DNA of 64,000 bases from Octopus sinensis (lineage: Eukaryota). Under the pieces are notes generated by a model. It worked only from the letters and a program-made list of their open reading frames with translations. It did not search any database and had not been told where the DNA came from. This document shows, one piece after another, positions 1 to 11,837 of this stretch; position 1 is the first letter of the stretch; each line of letters begins with the position of its first letter. The translations under genes were made by a program, and so were the position numbers. Location: NCBI RefSeq assembly GCF_006345805.1, contig NC_042997.1:53940001-54004000 (forward strand). Direction: 5' to 3'.

Positions 1-108
1 AAGACTGTGTTCGACTGATCCATTAACGGAAAAATAATGTAATATTTTCTTTTCTTTTTTTTTTTTTACATTGCGATTTTAAAGAAATTTATTCTCTTTC
101 TTACACAG

Positions 109-261
109 GCCGATCAATGTTCTGGATTGCAAGGTTTCCTCGTGTTCCATAGTTTTGGTGGCGGCACCGGTAGTGGTTTCTCCTCACTCCTAATGGAAAG
201 ACTATCTTCAGATTACGGCAAGAAATCCAAATTAGAATTCGCCGTGTATCCAGCACCTCTG
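109..261 (+). CDS. TUBA: Alpha-tubulin internal exon, codons 126-176 ([51 protein letters not shown]); upstream exons lie outside the window
   Basis: Tubulin GGGTGSG signature; acceptor ttacacag|GCC at 108/109, donor CTG|gtaatc at 261/262; 153 nt, phase 0-0. Confidence 0.97.
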
Positions 262-638
262 GTAATCAACTTACGTCATTTCTTAATTTGTCACATTACT
301 TTCCTCGCCTTTCTTTCTCAAGAATTTCAAGTCACCAATTACTTAATGAGTAATGTGAAGGAGAAGTAAGGAAGATGTCCATTATTCATTTGTTATACAT
401 TGAGCTCAAGTCAGACAGATTTAGGAATTGTGATTTTCGTGCCCTTTTTTCTAATATGCATTGACTGCACAACAGGATCGAAACTGCTACGATAATTCGG
501 ATCGTAAATCAATTAGCCGGATCTTATTACTATCACACGGTCCTTTCTTTATTATAATCTATTCAATATTAAAATGCACTATTACTAAGTCATGAGTATA
601 AAAATAAATTATTAATGTTATCAATATTAAAATATTAT

Positions 639-1045
639 AAGGCGGCGAGCTGGCAGAAACGTTAGCACACCGGGTGAGACGCTTAGGGGTATTTCCTCCG
701 CCGCTGCGTTCTGAGTTCAAATTCCACCGACGTCGACTTTGCCTTTCATCCTTTCGGGGTCGATTAAATAAGTACCAGTTACGCACTAGGGGCCATGTAA
801 TCGACTTAATCCGTTTGTCTGTCCTTGTTTGACCCCTCTGTGTTTATTTAGCCCCTTGTGGGTAGTAAAGAAATATGTATTTTGTCTCTCTTTACGTTCT
901 GAGTTCAAATTCCGCCGAAGTCGACTTTACCTTTCATCCTTTGAGAGTCGATAAATTAAGTACCAGTTGCATACTCGGGTCGATCTAATCGACTAGTCCC
1001 CTTCCCCAAAATTTCGGACCTTGTGATTAGAGTAGAAGATATTAG
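639..1045 (+). mobile_element. tRNA-derived SINE family A (GGCGGCGAGCTGGCAGAA...GTTCTGAGTTCAAATTCC), body duplicated internally
   Basis: A-box/B-box-like head; about 10 related copies in the window. Confidence 0.85.
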
Positions 1046-2199
1046 AACATTATATAATCACAACTCAGTCATTCATAGCTTTTAATATAATATATCACTT
1101 TGCACATATGTTCTATTGCTTTATATCATACTAACAAAATTAGACACTCATTCTGTAACCAGTACTGGTTTCAGAGATATTAGGTTGAATTGAACCACTT
1201 GGCATAGGATTTAGAGTTCATATTTGTCGGTAAACATTACACTGTATAATGAATAGGTTTCCAGGGTAGATACTACTTACCAGTTTTTGCATTACTCTGG
1301 ACTAGACATGGAGAAATTTCCCATGTTTATTTTCCTCAAACACTTTTATATGAAAAAATGCAAGCTCAGTCTATATTGAGGTCATCGACATTTGAGACTA
1401 CAGTATCTATATAGTTATAGTATGTATTAATACGGAACATCAAGTATAAATATTAACCAACAAGTAAAAAATGAAGTCACATGAGTCAGTGTTTCGATGT
1501 GTGTTAGTGAATGGCTGTTAAACAGCCGATGTTTTCTTTTTAGTTTTTATTTAGTCGATGTGATTGAATGAGTTAATATGAAGTTGAAGACTTAGGTTGT
1601 ATGAAAAGGGTAAAACGATACACCAAGGAATACTGCACTGAATTAAAATTCTCCGATCAATGTCGTTTGGAGTTGAATTCCATTAATTTAAACTTCCTTA
1701 GACACACAACATGAAAACAACGACTTTCAGCTATACAATGTTTCCTTGCAACACAATGTGTCATGATACTCACTCACTTCCACTACTAAATGTTACAATT
1801 AGCAGACTAGTGGAACCGTATTGCACCCTACCTTAATACTGCACTCTCCTTGATAGAAAAAATTCGTTGTCAGCATCCAGTTCACTTAGTCTTCACGAAC
1901 AAAAAGACAACTGGCATTCCGTCGGTTACGATCAACGGAACAGCCTGCTCGTGAAGTTAACGTGCAAGTGGTTGAGCACTCCACAAACACGTATACCCTT
2001 AACATAGTTCTCGAGAAGATTCAGCGTGACACAGAATGTGACAAGGCTGGTCCTTTGAAATATGTAAGCTGCAATTTACGAACCATATTTTCCTTGTTCT
2101 TTCTCCACCAAATATACCCAATCAAAATCAGGTCGATCTCGAAAAAATATCTGAATACAATCTGATAGGCATTTCACTCTTCATTTTACCAGTGTTGTC

Positions 2200-2950
2200 A
2201 ATCCTGTGGACTTTATATTTCAATATCGACCAAACGCACCACTTTTTAATGCAAACCATACTCTTCCTTCCTATATAAAAAGTCCACACAATGCTGTTTC
2301 TATCTATACAAACTACGAAGCTCTCTTTAATCTTCCTTCATATTTTGTATACAGATTTCATAGCTTTGCAACCCAGTCGCCTTATGCCAGAATTTCTATT
2401 AACAAAACCTTAAACGTGTCATTTAGTAGACACATTATAATCTCTTTCAACATCACTTATACATCATTATTACAACATACCATGGAATCAGTCTTATACC
2501 ATTCAATCTGCCTGCTTTGGTACACATCGCTAAAACCATCAAAGTCACTACAACTACTGATGATCTCCCTTTGTGAGAACATTTACACCTTTGAATTCTT
2601 TATAACATTGTATCTCAAAATACTGTTGAATCAAACTATATCTCAAAAATTGCCCACATACTTGGGACGACTGTATCCCAACCTCCAGAAGATCATCTGA
2701 CTTGGCGGGCAAATATTTACTGACCAACATGCAACCAGGCACCTGCAACTGAGATGGGGTTTCTCGGTCTCATCTAGTACCATTCTCATGGTTCTTGCTC
2801 CTCTGAACTTCAATGTTACATACAAATCCTATCGAATCTACTCGATATTCCTTGTGTTCATTAAAGGGAATTCCAACCACAAAATTACTACACTCTGGTA
2901 TTCCCTCCCTACTCACACTTTTTCTACATATATTAATTTATAGAAGTTAG
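2200..2950 (-). mobile_element. Highly decayed LINE (RTE-like) reverse-transcriptase remnant
   Basis: Broken translation with weak similarity to the FVDxEKAFDRV/VIWWALR region; many stops. Confidence 0.3.
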
Positions 2951-3135
2951 ACATAATCATTATCGTCGCTCCTGCTTTAAGGTCTTCGAGGATTATGGAC
3001 ACTGATCTTCTTCCACGAATTTAATAATTTGAAAAATAAAATAATTTCCTGTTTTATACTTTTCTTTGTTATCAAATTCATTGACTTCTTCAAAACAATT
3101 GAATTAAACATGTCAATCATTCTGTTTATTCTTAG

Positions 3136-3444
<309 letters not shown>

Positions 3445-3569
3445 TGAATATAGTTCGTTGTTTATTTTCGTTGATTTTGGAGCGGATGTTGATAATGAAT
3501 GTGACTTTAAAATTTTCAAAATCGATGTAATATATTCTAATAGAATATTAAACCAATTCAAACTACTAA

Positions 3570-4769
3570 CAGCCACCGACCCTTTCGACGCACGCGTTTG
3601 CCCGCCTTCGCTCGCTCGCTCGCCCGCCGGCAACCGCCGCACAAGCGCTCTTTACGTAGGGTCGTGGCCGAACGGCATAGGTGGAGCTCCTGGAAGGGAT
3701 GTTGTCGGCGCTCCTTTCTGCCAACGGTTAGCTCCCTTATTGCCGGTGCAAGGTCGACTCTACACGGCTGGCGCGTCCTCGAATGTCTGCCGCCGCCGCC
3801 ACACCGCCCGCCTTACAGACGCGCTCCCTCGACGCCCGCGTCTGCCCGCCTCTTCACGCTCGCCGGTTCGTCCTCTCGCAATCGAACCGCTTCTCGTTAC
3901 CGCGTTTTTTTTTTTTTTTTTTTCCCTTCCTTCCGACCCCCGGCCTCGTCTTCGCCGCCGAGGACCCGGTCAGGTTACGCCGCTGACCTCGTGTCGCGTC
4001 GCCGCCGGCGCGGCGGACGGGCTAGCCGTCGCTTCCCGTTCCGCCACAGGCGACGCGGCGTCTCCGAAAGACAGCGGTGCCGTGTCTGTCCCTTCTTCCC
4101 TGGACGGAACCGTGGCTTCAACTCCGGGTTTCGCTGCCTCGTAGCGTTTCTGCAGCTTTTTTTTTTCCCTTCCCGGCATCACCCCGCCTTGGCGCGCGTC
4201 GTTTTCGTGGCGACCACCGTCATGGCACTCGCTCGTTGACCGCAGTCCGGACGCAGTTCGTCGCAGCCGTTTCGAAAGGATCAGGTGGAGGAAGCGACGA
4301 CGACCACCGACGCGTAGGGCGCCGGGCGAGTCTAAAAGCTGCAGCGGGCCCGCGCCAATCTCCGCTGCCCCTCTCGTCTGCCGACCTAGTCGCTGGCCTT
4401 CTTCGCCTTCTCCTCTTCCTCTTCCGCCCGGAACCGGCCCCAACTTCGAATCGACCCGCACCGGAGCCCGTCCGCAGCGGCCCCGGTGTGCGGCAGTCGG
4501 ATCGCAAACCGTTTCTTGTATCGCGAACGCTTCTTCGCGCGTCGACCCGTGTCGTTTTCGCCTCTTCTCCTCCTCCTCCTCCGGGACGAGGAGGAGCTGG
4601 CGCGCGCGTATACGAACGGCGGCCGAACTCGCGAGCGCCCTCGCGCCCCCTGTTTTCGGCCCCTCCGATTCCTTTCGTTCTCGTTTTCCGATCGTCGGCG
4701 GGCGGCTGCTTCCCGAGCTTCCGCCGCCGCCGCCGCGCGCTTCGTTCTCTCGAAACGTAACGTCGGTGA
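3570..4769 (+). other. rDNA 5' external transcribed spacer-like (and possibly promoter-proximal) sequence
   Basis: Abrupt switch to GC/CpG-rich sequence that runs directly into the 18S 5' end at 4770. Confidence 0.8.
3656..3744 (+). repeat. 89-nt direct repeat, copy A (inside the ETS-like leader)
   Basis: 67/90 aligned columns identical to 6948-7036. Confidence 0.9.
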
Positions 4770-6440
4770 TACCTGGTTGATCCTGCCAGTAGTCATATGC
4801 TTGTCTCAAAGCTTAAGCCATGCAAGTGTAAGTTCATGCCGTAAACGAATGGTGAAACCGCGAATGGCTCAGGAACCGGACCTAATCCTCGGGACCGTAT
4901 TCTTCCACCGCGAGGAGAGTGGATAACTGTGGCAATTCTAGAGCTAATACATGCAACCGAAGCCGCGATCGCAGGTCGCACCCGGGCGTCGGGCTCGAAA
5001 ACGGCGTTCGGCAGCCGTCGCGTTTTGCGCGGCGTCGCCGGCGTCCGCTCGGCCGGATCTGGGGCGGCGCATCCGCGCCCGTCCCTCCCGGTCGCGACGA
5101 TACGGTCGGCCTTCCGCATTGGTTGCGGCGCAAATATTAGACTGAGACCGACGCGTACGGGCCGTCGCAGCAGCCGCCGCGCCTTCCGCGCGTGGGTCTT
5201 AGGCGTGCGGCGGCTTCACGCCCTTCGATTTTGGTGACTCTGGATAACTGTCAGTACGATCGCACGGGCTAGTATCGCACTAGCCTTCGCGCGACGGGTC
5301 CCCCGCGAGTCCGCCCTATCAACTGTCGACGGCCCGGTCAGTGCCGACCGTGGTGGCAACGGGTAACGGGGAATCAGGGTTCGATTCCGGAGAGGGAGCA
5401 TGCGAAACGGCTACCACATCCAAGGAAGGCAGCAGGCGCGCAAATTACCCACTCCCGGCACGGGGAGGTAGTGACGAAAAATAACGACGCGGGACTCTGT
5501 CGAGGCCCCGCGATCGGAATGAGTACACTTCAAATCCGTTGACGAGGATCGACCGGAGGGCAAGTCTGGTGCCAGCAGCCGCGGTAATTCCAGCTCCGGT
5601 AGCGTATATTAAAATTGTTGCGTTTGAAAAGCTCGTAGTCGGAATTCGGGTCTCGAAAACGTGCCCCAGCACGTTCGGGGCGACGGCGCCGTCGCAGGCG
5701 CGCTTCTGGCGCGTCCGCTTCGGTCGTCCGTTCGCACTCCCGGCCCTATTCGCCGGTGCGTGCGCGGTCGGGCCGCGGAGCTCTGCTCGCGTCGCCGCCG
5801 CGACTCGGCACCCCGTCCAGCGCTCGTCTTCGCTCGCGTCGCGTCGCGTCCGGTTTCACGCCTGCGCCTTCAACGGCGCGGGTCGGTCAGGCGTGCGCGC
5901 GGGAGCCACGAGGCGGGTGCGCTATTGGGCGTCGTCGCCGTTCGCGTTCTAGCGGTAGTAGCGCGTCCACCTCCCGGTCGTTTCGGCCCGCACGGTTCCT
6001 CCGAGGGTGCTCTTCGCCGAGTGTCCGAGGCGGCCGGTACGTTCACTGTGAAAAAATTAGAGTGCTCAGAGCGATCCCCGCCGGCTTGCATACGAAAAGC
6101 ATGGAATGATGGAAAATGGCCTCGTCCGCGCGTCATCCGTCGGTCTCCGTTCACGACGAGGCAATGATCGAAGGGAGCGATCGGGGCCACTCGTATTGCG
6201 ACGTTAGAGGTGAAATTCTTGGATCGTCGCAAGACGCACTGCAGCGACGGCGTGTGGCAAGCACGTTTTCCTCGATCAAGAGCGAAAGTCGGAGGTTCGA
6301 AGACGATCAGATACCGTCGTAGTTCCGACCGTAAACGATGCCGACTGGCGCTCCGCCGGCGTTCGCTTCGATGACCCGGCGGGGAGCCTGCGCGGGAAAC
6401 CATAGTCGGTTCCGGGGGGAGTATGGTTGCAAAACAGAAG

Positions 6441-6482
<42 letters not shown>

Positions 6483-6923
6483 GCGGCTTAATTTGACTCA
6501 ACACGGGAAAACTCACCCGGTCCGGACACCGGTAGGATTGACAGATCGATAGCTCTTTCTCGATTCGGTGGGTGGTGGTGCATGGCCGTTCTTAGTTGGT
6601 GGAGCGATCCGTCTGGTTGATTCCGATAACGAACGAGACTCCGGCCTGCTAACTAGCGCGTCGATTAGTGCTTTTCCGGTAGGGCGGCGGCGCCGAAGCC
6701 GTCGTCGGTAGCTCCGCGCGCGGCCCGGGCTTGCCGTTGCCGCCGCTCTCCTTCGCGTCCGGCGCTGCGGCCGCGTCCGGCTGCCGTCCCCGTTCGCGGG
6801 GGTTCGGTCGCGGCGTGGTTGCGGCGTCGGTTGCGGAGCGGCGGCGGTGACCCGGTCGGCTCGGCCCGCGCGAGCCCGGCGGCGGCACGCCGTCGCGTCC
6901 GGGCCAGTCGGTTGGCCGTCGCA
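4770..6923 (+). rRNA. 18S rRNA: 18S rRNA, 3'-truncated orphan copy (probable pseudogene), broken within the V7 expansion
   Basis: TACCTGGTTGATCCTGCCAGTAGTCATATGCTTGTCTCAAAG start; conserved blocks GTGCCAGCAGCCGCGGTAATTCCAGCTC, GGAATTGACGGAAGGGCACCACCAGG and GATAACGAACGAGACTC; no 3' domain (no h44/h45). Confidence 0.97.
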
Positions 6924-6947
6924 CCCCAAGGGGGTCCAGACTAATAT

Positions 6948-7036
6948 GTAGGGTTGTGGTTGATCGGCATAGGTTAGCGTCTCGGAGGGATGTCCTCGTA
7001 GCTCCTTTTCTGATGACGGTTAGCTCCCCGTTTGCC
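6948..7036 (+). repeat. 89-nt direct repeat, copy B (right end of the rDNA insert)
   Basis: Shares GTAGGG, CGGCATAGGT, GGGATGT, GCTCCTTT, ACGGTTAGCTCCC and TTGCC with copy A. Confidence 0.9.
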
Positions 7037-8400
7037 CAATTCTACTCCTTATCATGATATATCCATTTAAAGAATTCTCTCTCATTTTTATAAATTGCTT
7101 TGTTTACAACATTTACAGCCGATAATATTTCGAATTTCTAGAATTTAGCTGTATTTTGTCTGTAATATATTAGTGTTTTGGCAAAATAACTTTTGCCCCA
7201 TTTAAATATGCTAACTTTAAATGGAGTATAAACACTCTTTTCTTACTTTTTTTTTATAGTTTCATTTCAAAAAATACCTAAATGTAACTCATCTTCCTTT
7301 TCGACTTGCAACTGCTCGATATTTCTATCTCATTTATTATTCAGCATCGGTGAGCTCACGTTTGGTGCCAAACATCACCGGACAAACAAAATATTGCTTA
7401 AAATTTTATTTATCCCACTTAGTGTGAATATTCATAACGCAAATAAACAATATTGTACAATACTTTTGCAAGGATGTGTCTAGTACATTGCTAGATGTTT
7501 TGTACCTAGGTGTCTCGTTTAATGTGTCTTTTTACACAATCCTAAGCTAACAAGTGATATTTTCCTCATAACTATGGTAGGTTAGTAAAAACTGTCACAT
7601 GTTCTACTAGGCTTGGCCTATGAATATACTATAATGAGACCCCATGGGATCAAAACTTAAGTTCAACGTACGATCGAGATATAAACAAATCAGAATTTTA
7701 AAGTTGACTGGAGATTCGGCGTGTGTTATTCTTGGAGCTACGGTTTATGTGCGCTATGAATCTACTGTATTACCATTTTCAAAACCCGTTCTGAATTCCG
7801 AAACATGCTTAGTCCCAAGAGACTATATATTTGCATTAACATTTTCATCAAACGGCATGTATGTCGTGTTCGTTTATACTATGTTGGGTTTGTTAGCATA
7901 AACTACATGTTCGGTACAACGGATCTTTAGTTTTTAAGATGAAAATAGACCGTTTTTTAAAGTAACATAAGTGTTTAGGTGGTAGTTAATGCATAATACT
8001 CTGAGAAGATATGTGATATTCTTAAATGCAATCACTTATATTGGCGAAATTTATCAACTTTATTTGTTGTAATGTTTCTTTTCTTTAGTAAAAATTACAA
8101 AATTTCATTTTTTTTTTATTGTTTAAGCAAAACCGTAGATTATTTTTAAATTATCGCAATATGTTCCTTCTTAGACTATCTTAAATTATATTTTCGTCAT
8201 TTCTCACGTACTAATAAAACGGAGAGTTTTCAAGCCAAATTTGCTTTTATACTTTAATATTTTATATTTGATTTTTTGTTAACCTATAATTTAAAGTTTC
8301 TTCTCTGGCATTTGGACAAACTTTCTACATAATGACGAGAACGGTATTTTTAATATACATGTTTGAAATATCCGAGATAAACTTTTTCATTGTCATTATA

Positions 8401-8850
<450 letters not shown>

Positions 8851-8882
8851 CTTATTCTCTTATCAAACATTCTTTCTAACAG

Positions 8883-9143
8883 CTGAGAAAGCCTACCACG
8901 AGCAATTGACGGTTCACGAGATTACAAACGCATGCTTTAATACAACTAACCAAATGGTAAAATGTGACTTGCAGCAAGGGAAGTACATGTCATGCTGTAT
9001 GTTGTACAGAGGAGACGTGGCACCAAAAGATGTCAACTCTGCTATCGCAGCCATCAAGACGAGAAATTCAATCCAGTTTGTGGATTGGTGTCCTACCGGC
9101 TTCAAAGTAGGAATAAATAACCAACCCCCAACACTTGTTCCAG
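8883..9143 (+). CDS. TUBA: Alpha-tubulin exon, codons 278-365 ([52 protein letters not shown]...[22 protein letters not shown])
   Basis: ctaacag|CT acceptor, CCAG|gtctgt donor; 261 nt, phase 1-1, in frame with the flanking exons. Confidence 0.97.
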
Positions 9144-9264
9144 GTCTGTATGTTTTAAATTTGATATTAGCCTATCTTAATAATGATAGATGAGGTCAAT
9201 GTAATCGACTTTGCCAGCCTTGTTTCAAAATTTGAATTAATATTTTTTTCTTTTTGTGGTGAAT

Positions 9265-9690
9265 AAGGCGTCGTGCCAGCAGAATAACCAGCGCGCCGGA
9301 CAAAATACTTAACGGCATTTCGTCTGTCTTTACATTTTGAGTACAAATGCTGTCGAGGTCATTCTTCCGGGATCGATAAAATAAGTACCAATTAAGCACT
9401 GGGGTCGATATAATCGGTTAGCCTTCTCCCCCAAAATTTCAGGCCTTATGCCTGTAGTAGAAAGGAGTATTTTTATGGTGAATAAGGCGGCAAGTAGGCA
9501 GAATCGTTTGCGCACCGGGCAAAATGCTTAGCAGCGTTTCGTCCATCTTTACGTTCTGAGTTCAAATTCTACCGAGGTCAACTGGAGTCGGTAAAATAAG
9601 TACCCGTCAAGTACTGGGGTCGATATAAATTACCTGCCCCTTCCCCTCAAAATTGCTGGCCTTGTACCAATATTAAGAACTATCTTTATA
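9265..9690 (+). mobile_element. Two tandem SINE family A copies
   Basis: Two heads, AATAAGGCGTCG (about 9262) and AATAAGGCGGCAAG (about 9481), each followed by the family body. Confidence 0.8.
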
Positions 9691-10754
9691 CAGTCAGAAT
9701 GAAAAGAAATCTGTGAAAGCCTATTAAATTCTTGCTTTACTGTGATAATTAACTTGTTTGTTTCTTGTTTTTCTCTGAGTGAAGAAATTAGATGCATCGT
9801 TATCAATCAGAAACTCTGTTATTCTACAGAGTACTTTTAGAACTTGATGAAAAATTCTACATTTTAAAGGACATTTGTAGGGAATTCTTTTTTAAATATT
9901 TCTGAATTCTATTTTTAAAACTGTACATGCTTTTCGTTATTGTTTTTTGTCATATATAATTAAAATCTATTTGAATTTTTCTATCTTATGTAGCTGGATT
10001 AAATACAGATTTGCCTTTGCTTCATCTTCAACTAAACGTTACTAAATATATTTTATTTCTTTTGCACTTGAATTTCGTGTGTGCGTGTGTGTGTGTTTGT
10101 TTGTGTGTGTGTGTATGTGTGTGTGTGTATGTGTGTGTGTGTATGCGAATGTGCGTGCATTATATTTCAATATGTAAATTTTTCACTCTTACACAATTAC
10201 AATATTGTACATCAATTTAATGATTATCTCATCACAACTTTCCTCATTACGGTGACGTCTATATTCGTCTTGAGGAGGTCTAATAACACCTAAACCTATC
10301 CAATGCTGTCTCCTGTCTTTACCAAATTCGTCACTGAGTTTTCTTTTCTTCGCCGCATAGGTATTTTTAACTCAAAATTCTACACCCAATGCGTTACATA
10401 TGTAAATACTATCTTATATCAATAATACATAATGAATTGGCAGTGAAAAGCAAAGTGGCACATTTGGAATACTATCTGATATTCAATTTCCGTAGAACCT
10501 TATCATACGTATTTCCAAGATCGATAAATTAAGAACCGTACCATATTAGAATTGGTTCAATTTACCGTTAACGCACCCCACTAAATATCTGGCTATCTGC
10601 GGAAGAAACCAATATTTCCTTTTGCTGATTGTATTTCATGACTTTAAACCAAAATCCCATTGCAATTTGCTCCATCAAGAGTGACAATTGTATGTACGCT
10701 ACGGCGTTTACTTTAGCAAGGTACAGTATTACTATCAAGTATAATGAGAAACTG

Positions 10755-11314
10755 TGGAGGCGCATGGCTTAGTGGTTAAGGTGTTGAACTCATGATCGTA
10801 AGGTTGTGGTTTCGATTCCTGGACCGGACGATGCGTTGTGTTCTTGAGCAAAACACTTCATTTCACGTTGCTCCCGTCTACTCAACTGGCAAAAATGAGT
10901 AATCCTGCGACGAACTGGCGTCCCGTCCAGGTGAGGAATCTCTACGCCAATGAAACCGGGAAAACGGCCCTTATGAGCCTGGCATGGCTCGAAAAGGAAC
11001 ATTAGTGGAGGCGCAATGGCCCAGTGGTTTGGGCAGCGGACTCGCTGTCGGAGGATCACGGTTTCGATTCCCAGATCGGGCATTGTGTGTGTTTATTGAG
11101 CGAAGCACCTAAAGCTCCACGAGGCTCCGGCAGGGGGGGGGGGGCGACCCTTGCTTTACTCTTTCGCCCCAACTTTCACTCTTTCTTCCTGTTTCTTGAG
11201 TAACGCTGCGATGGACTGGCGTCCCGTCCAGCTGGGGGGAATACATATGCCACAGAAACCGGGAAACCGGGCCCATGAGCCTGACTAGGCTTGAAAAGGG
11301 CGCATAAAAAAAAA
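10755..11314 (+). mobile_element. Head-to-tail dimer of tRNA-derived SINE family C with poly(A) tail and a single 14-bp TSD
   Basis: Heads TGGAGGCGCATGGCTTAGTGG (10755) and GTGGAGGCGCAATGGCCCAGTGG (about 11005); ATAATGAGAAACTG at 10741-10754 and 11315-11328. Confidence 0.88.
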
Positions 11315-11500
11315 ATAATGAGAAACTGGAGATAAAGTGCTAATGCAAAAGGTGTAAAATTTCGTTATAACAGTCACAAGAAAATATGTGAACGAATGTA
11401 AAGCAGGATTTTTTAAAGTAAATATAATTAAATGTTATACAAGTAAGACAGAAAATTAATCTAAAACAAGATGTAAAAAGATTTAAATCCATGATATAAA

Positions 11501-11837
11501 GACCCCCTTCGGTCATGAATGACCATGGGATTGCACCTAGAAAGTTATCCTCCTAGACACAAGTCCGGGCAAGGTTGTTTATGGAAGGCCAGCAGTCGCC
11601 CATGCATACCAGCCTCCCCTCTCCACGCCACCAGTGTTATCCAAGGGAAAGACAAAGGTCGATACAGCTTGGCACCAGTGACGTCGCAGCTCATTTCTAC
11701 AGCTGAGTGAACTGGAGCAACGTGAAATAAAGTGCCTTGCTCGAGAACACAACACGCAGCCCGGTCCGGGATTCGAGCTCACAACCTCACGATCGTAAGC
11801 TCGACGCTCTAACCACTGAGCCATGCGCCTTCACTTA
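11501..11837 (-). mobile_element. Full-length SINE family C variant with 17-bp TSD
   Basis: Reverse head GGCGCATGGCTCAGTGGTTAGAGC; TAAATCCATGATATAAA at 11484-11500 and 11838-11854. Confidence 0.88.

Noticed and set aside
3656-3744. tRNA or SINE head suggested by the A-box match TGGCCGAACGG
   Set aside because: No GTTCRA B-box and no acceptor-stem pairing; the A-box is degenerate in copy B.
4276-4283. AAGGATCA as an 18S 3' end followed by ITS1
   Set aside because: The preceding sequence lacks the 18S 3' conserved helices, and the downstream sequence leads into the 18S 5' end, not 5.8S.
7010-7036. CTGATGA followed by a CGG/CCG stem in repeat copy B as a hammerhead ribozyme
   Set aside because: No GAAA follows the stem (it reads TTTG), and copy A has CTGCCAA at the same place.
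6948-7036. HDV-like (R2-type) ribozyme suggested by TCCTCG in copy B
   Set aside because: I could not build P1/P3/P1.1 in the required order on either strand, and the motif is not conserved in copy A. A covariance-model scan would be needed to exclude it fully.
6920-7040. R2/R7/R8-type site-specific retrotransposon inserted in 18S
   Set aside because: No RT or endonuclease ORF follows the break, the 18S does not resume, and the break is in a variable expansion rather than a conserved target.
10755-10830. SINE heads as genuine tRNA genes (families A, B, C)
   Set aside because: They have no complete cloverleaf or terminator and are followed by the shared SINE body, tails and TSDs.
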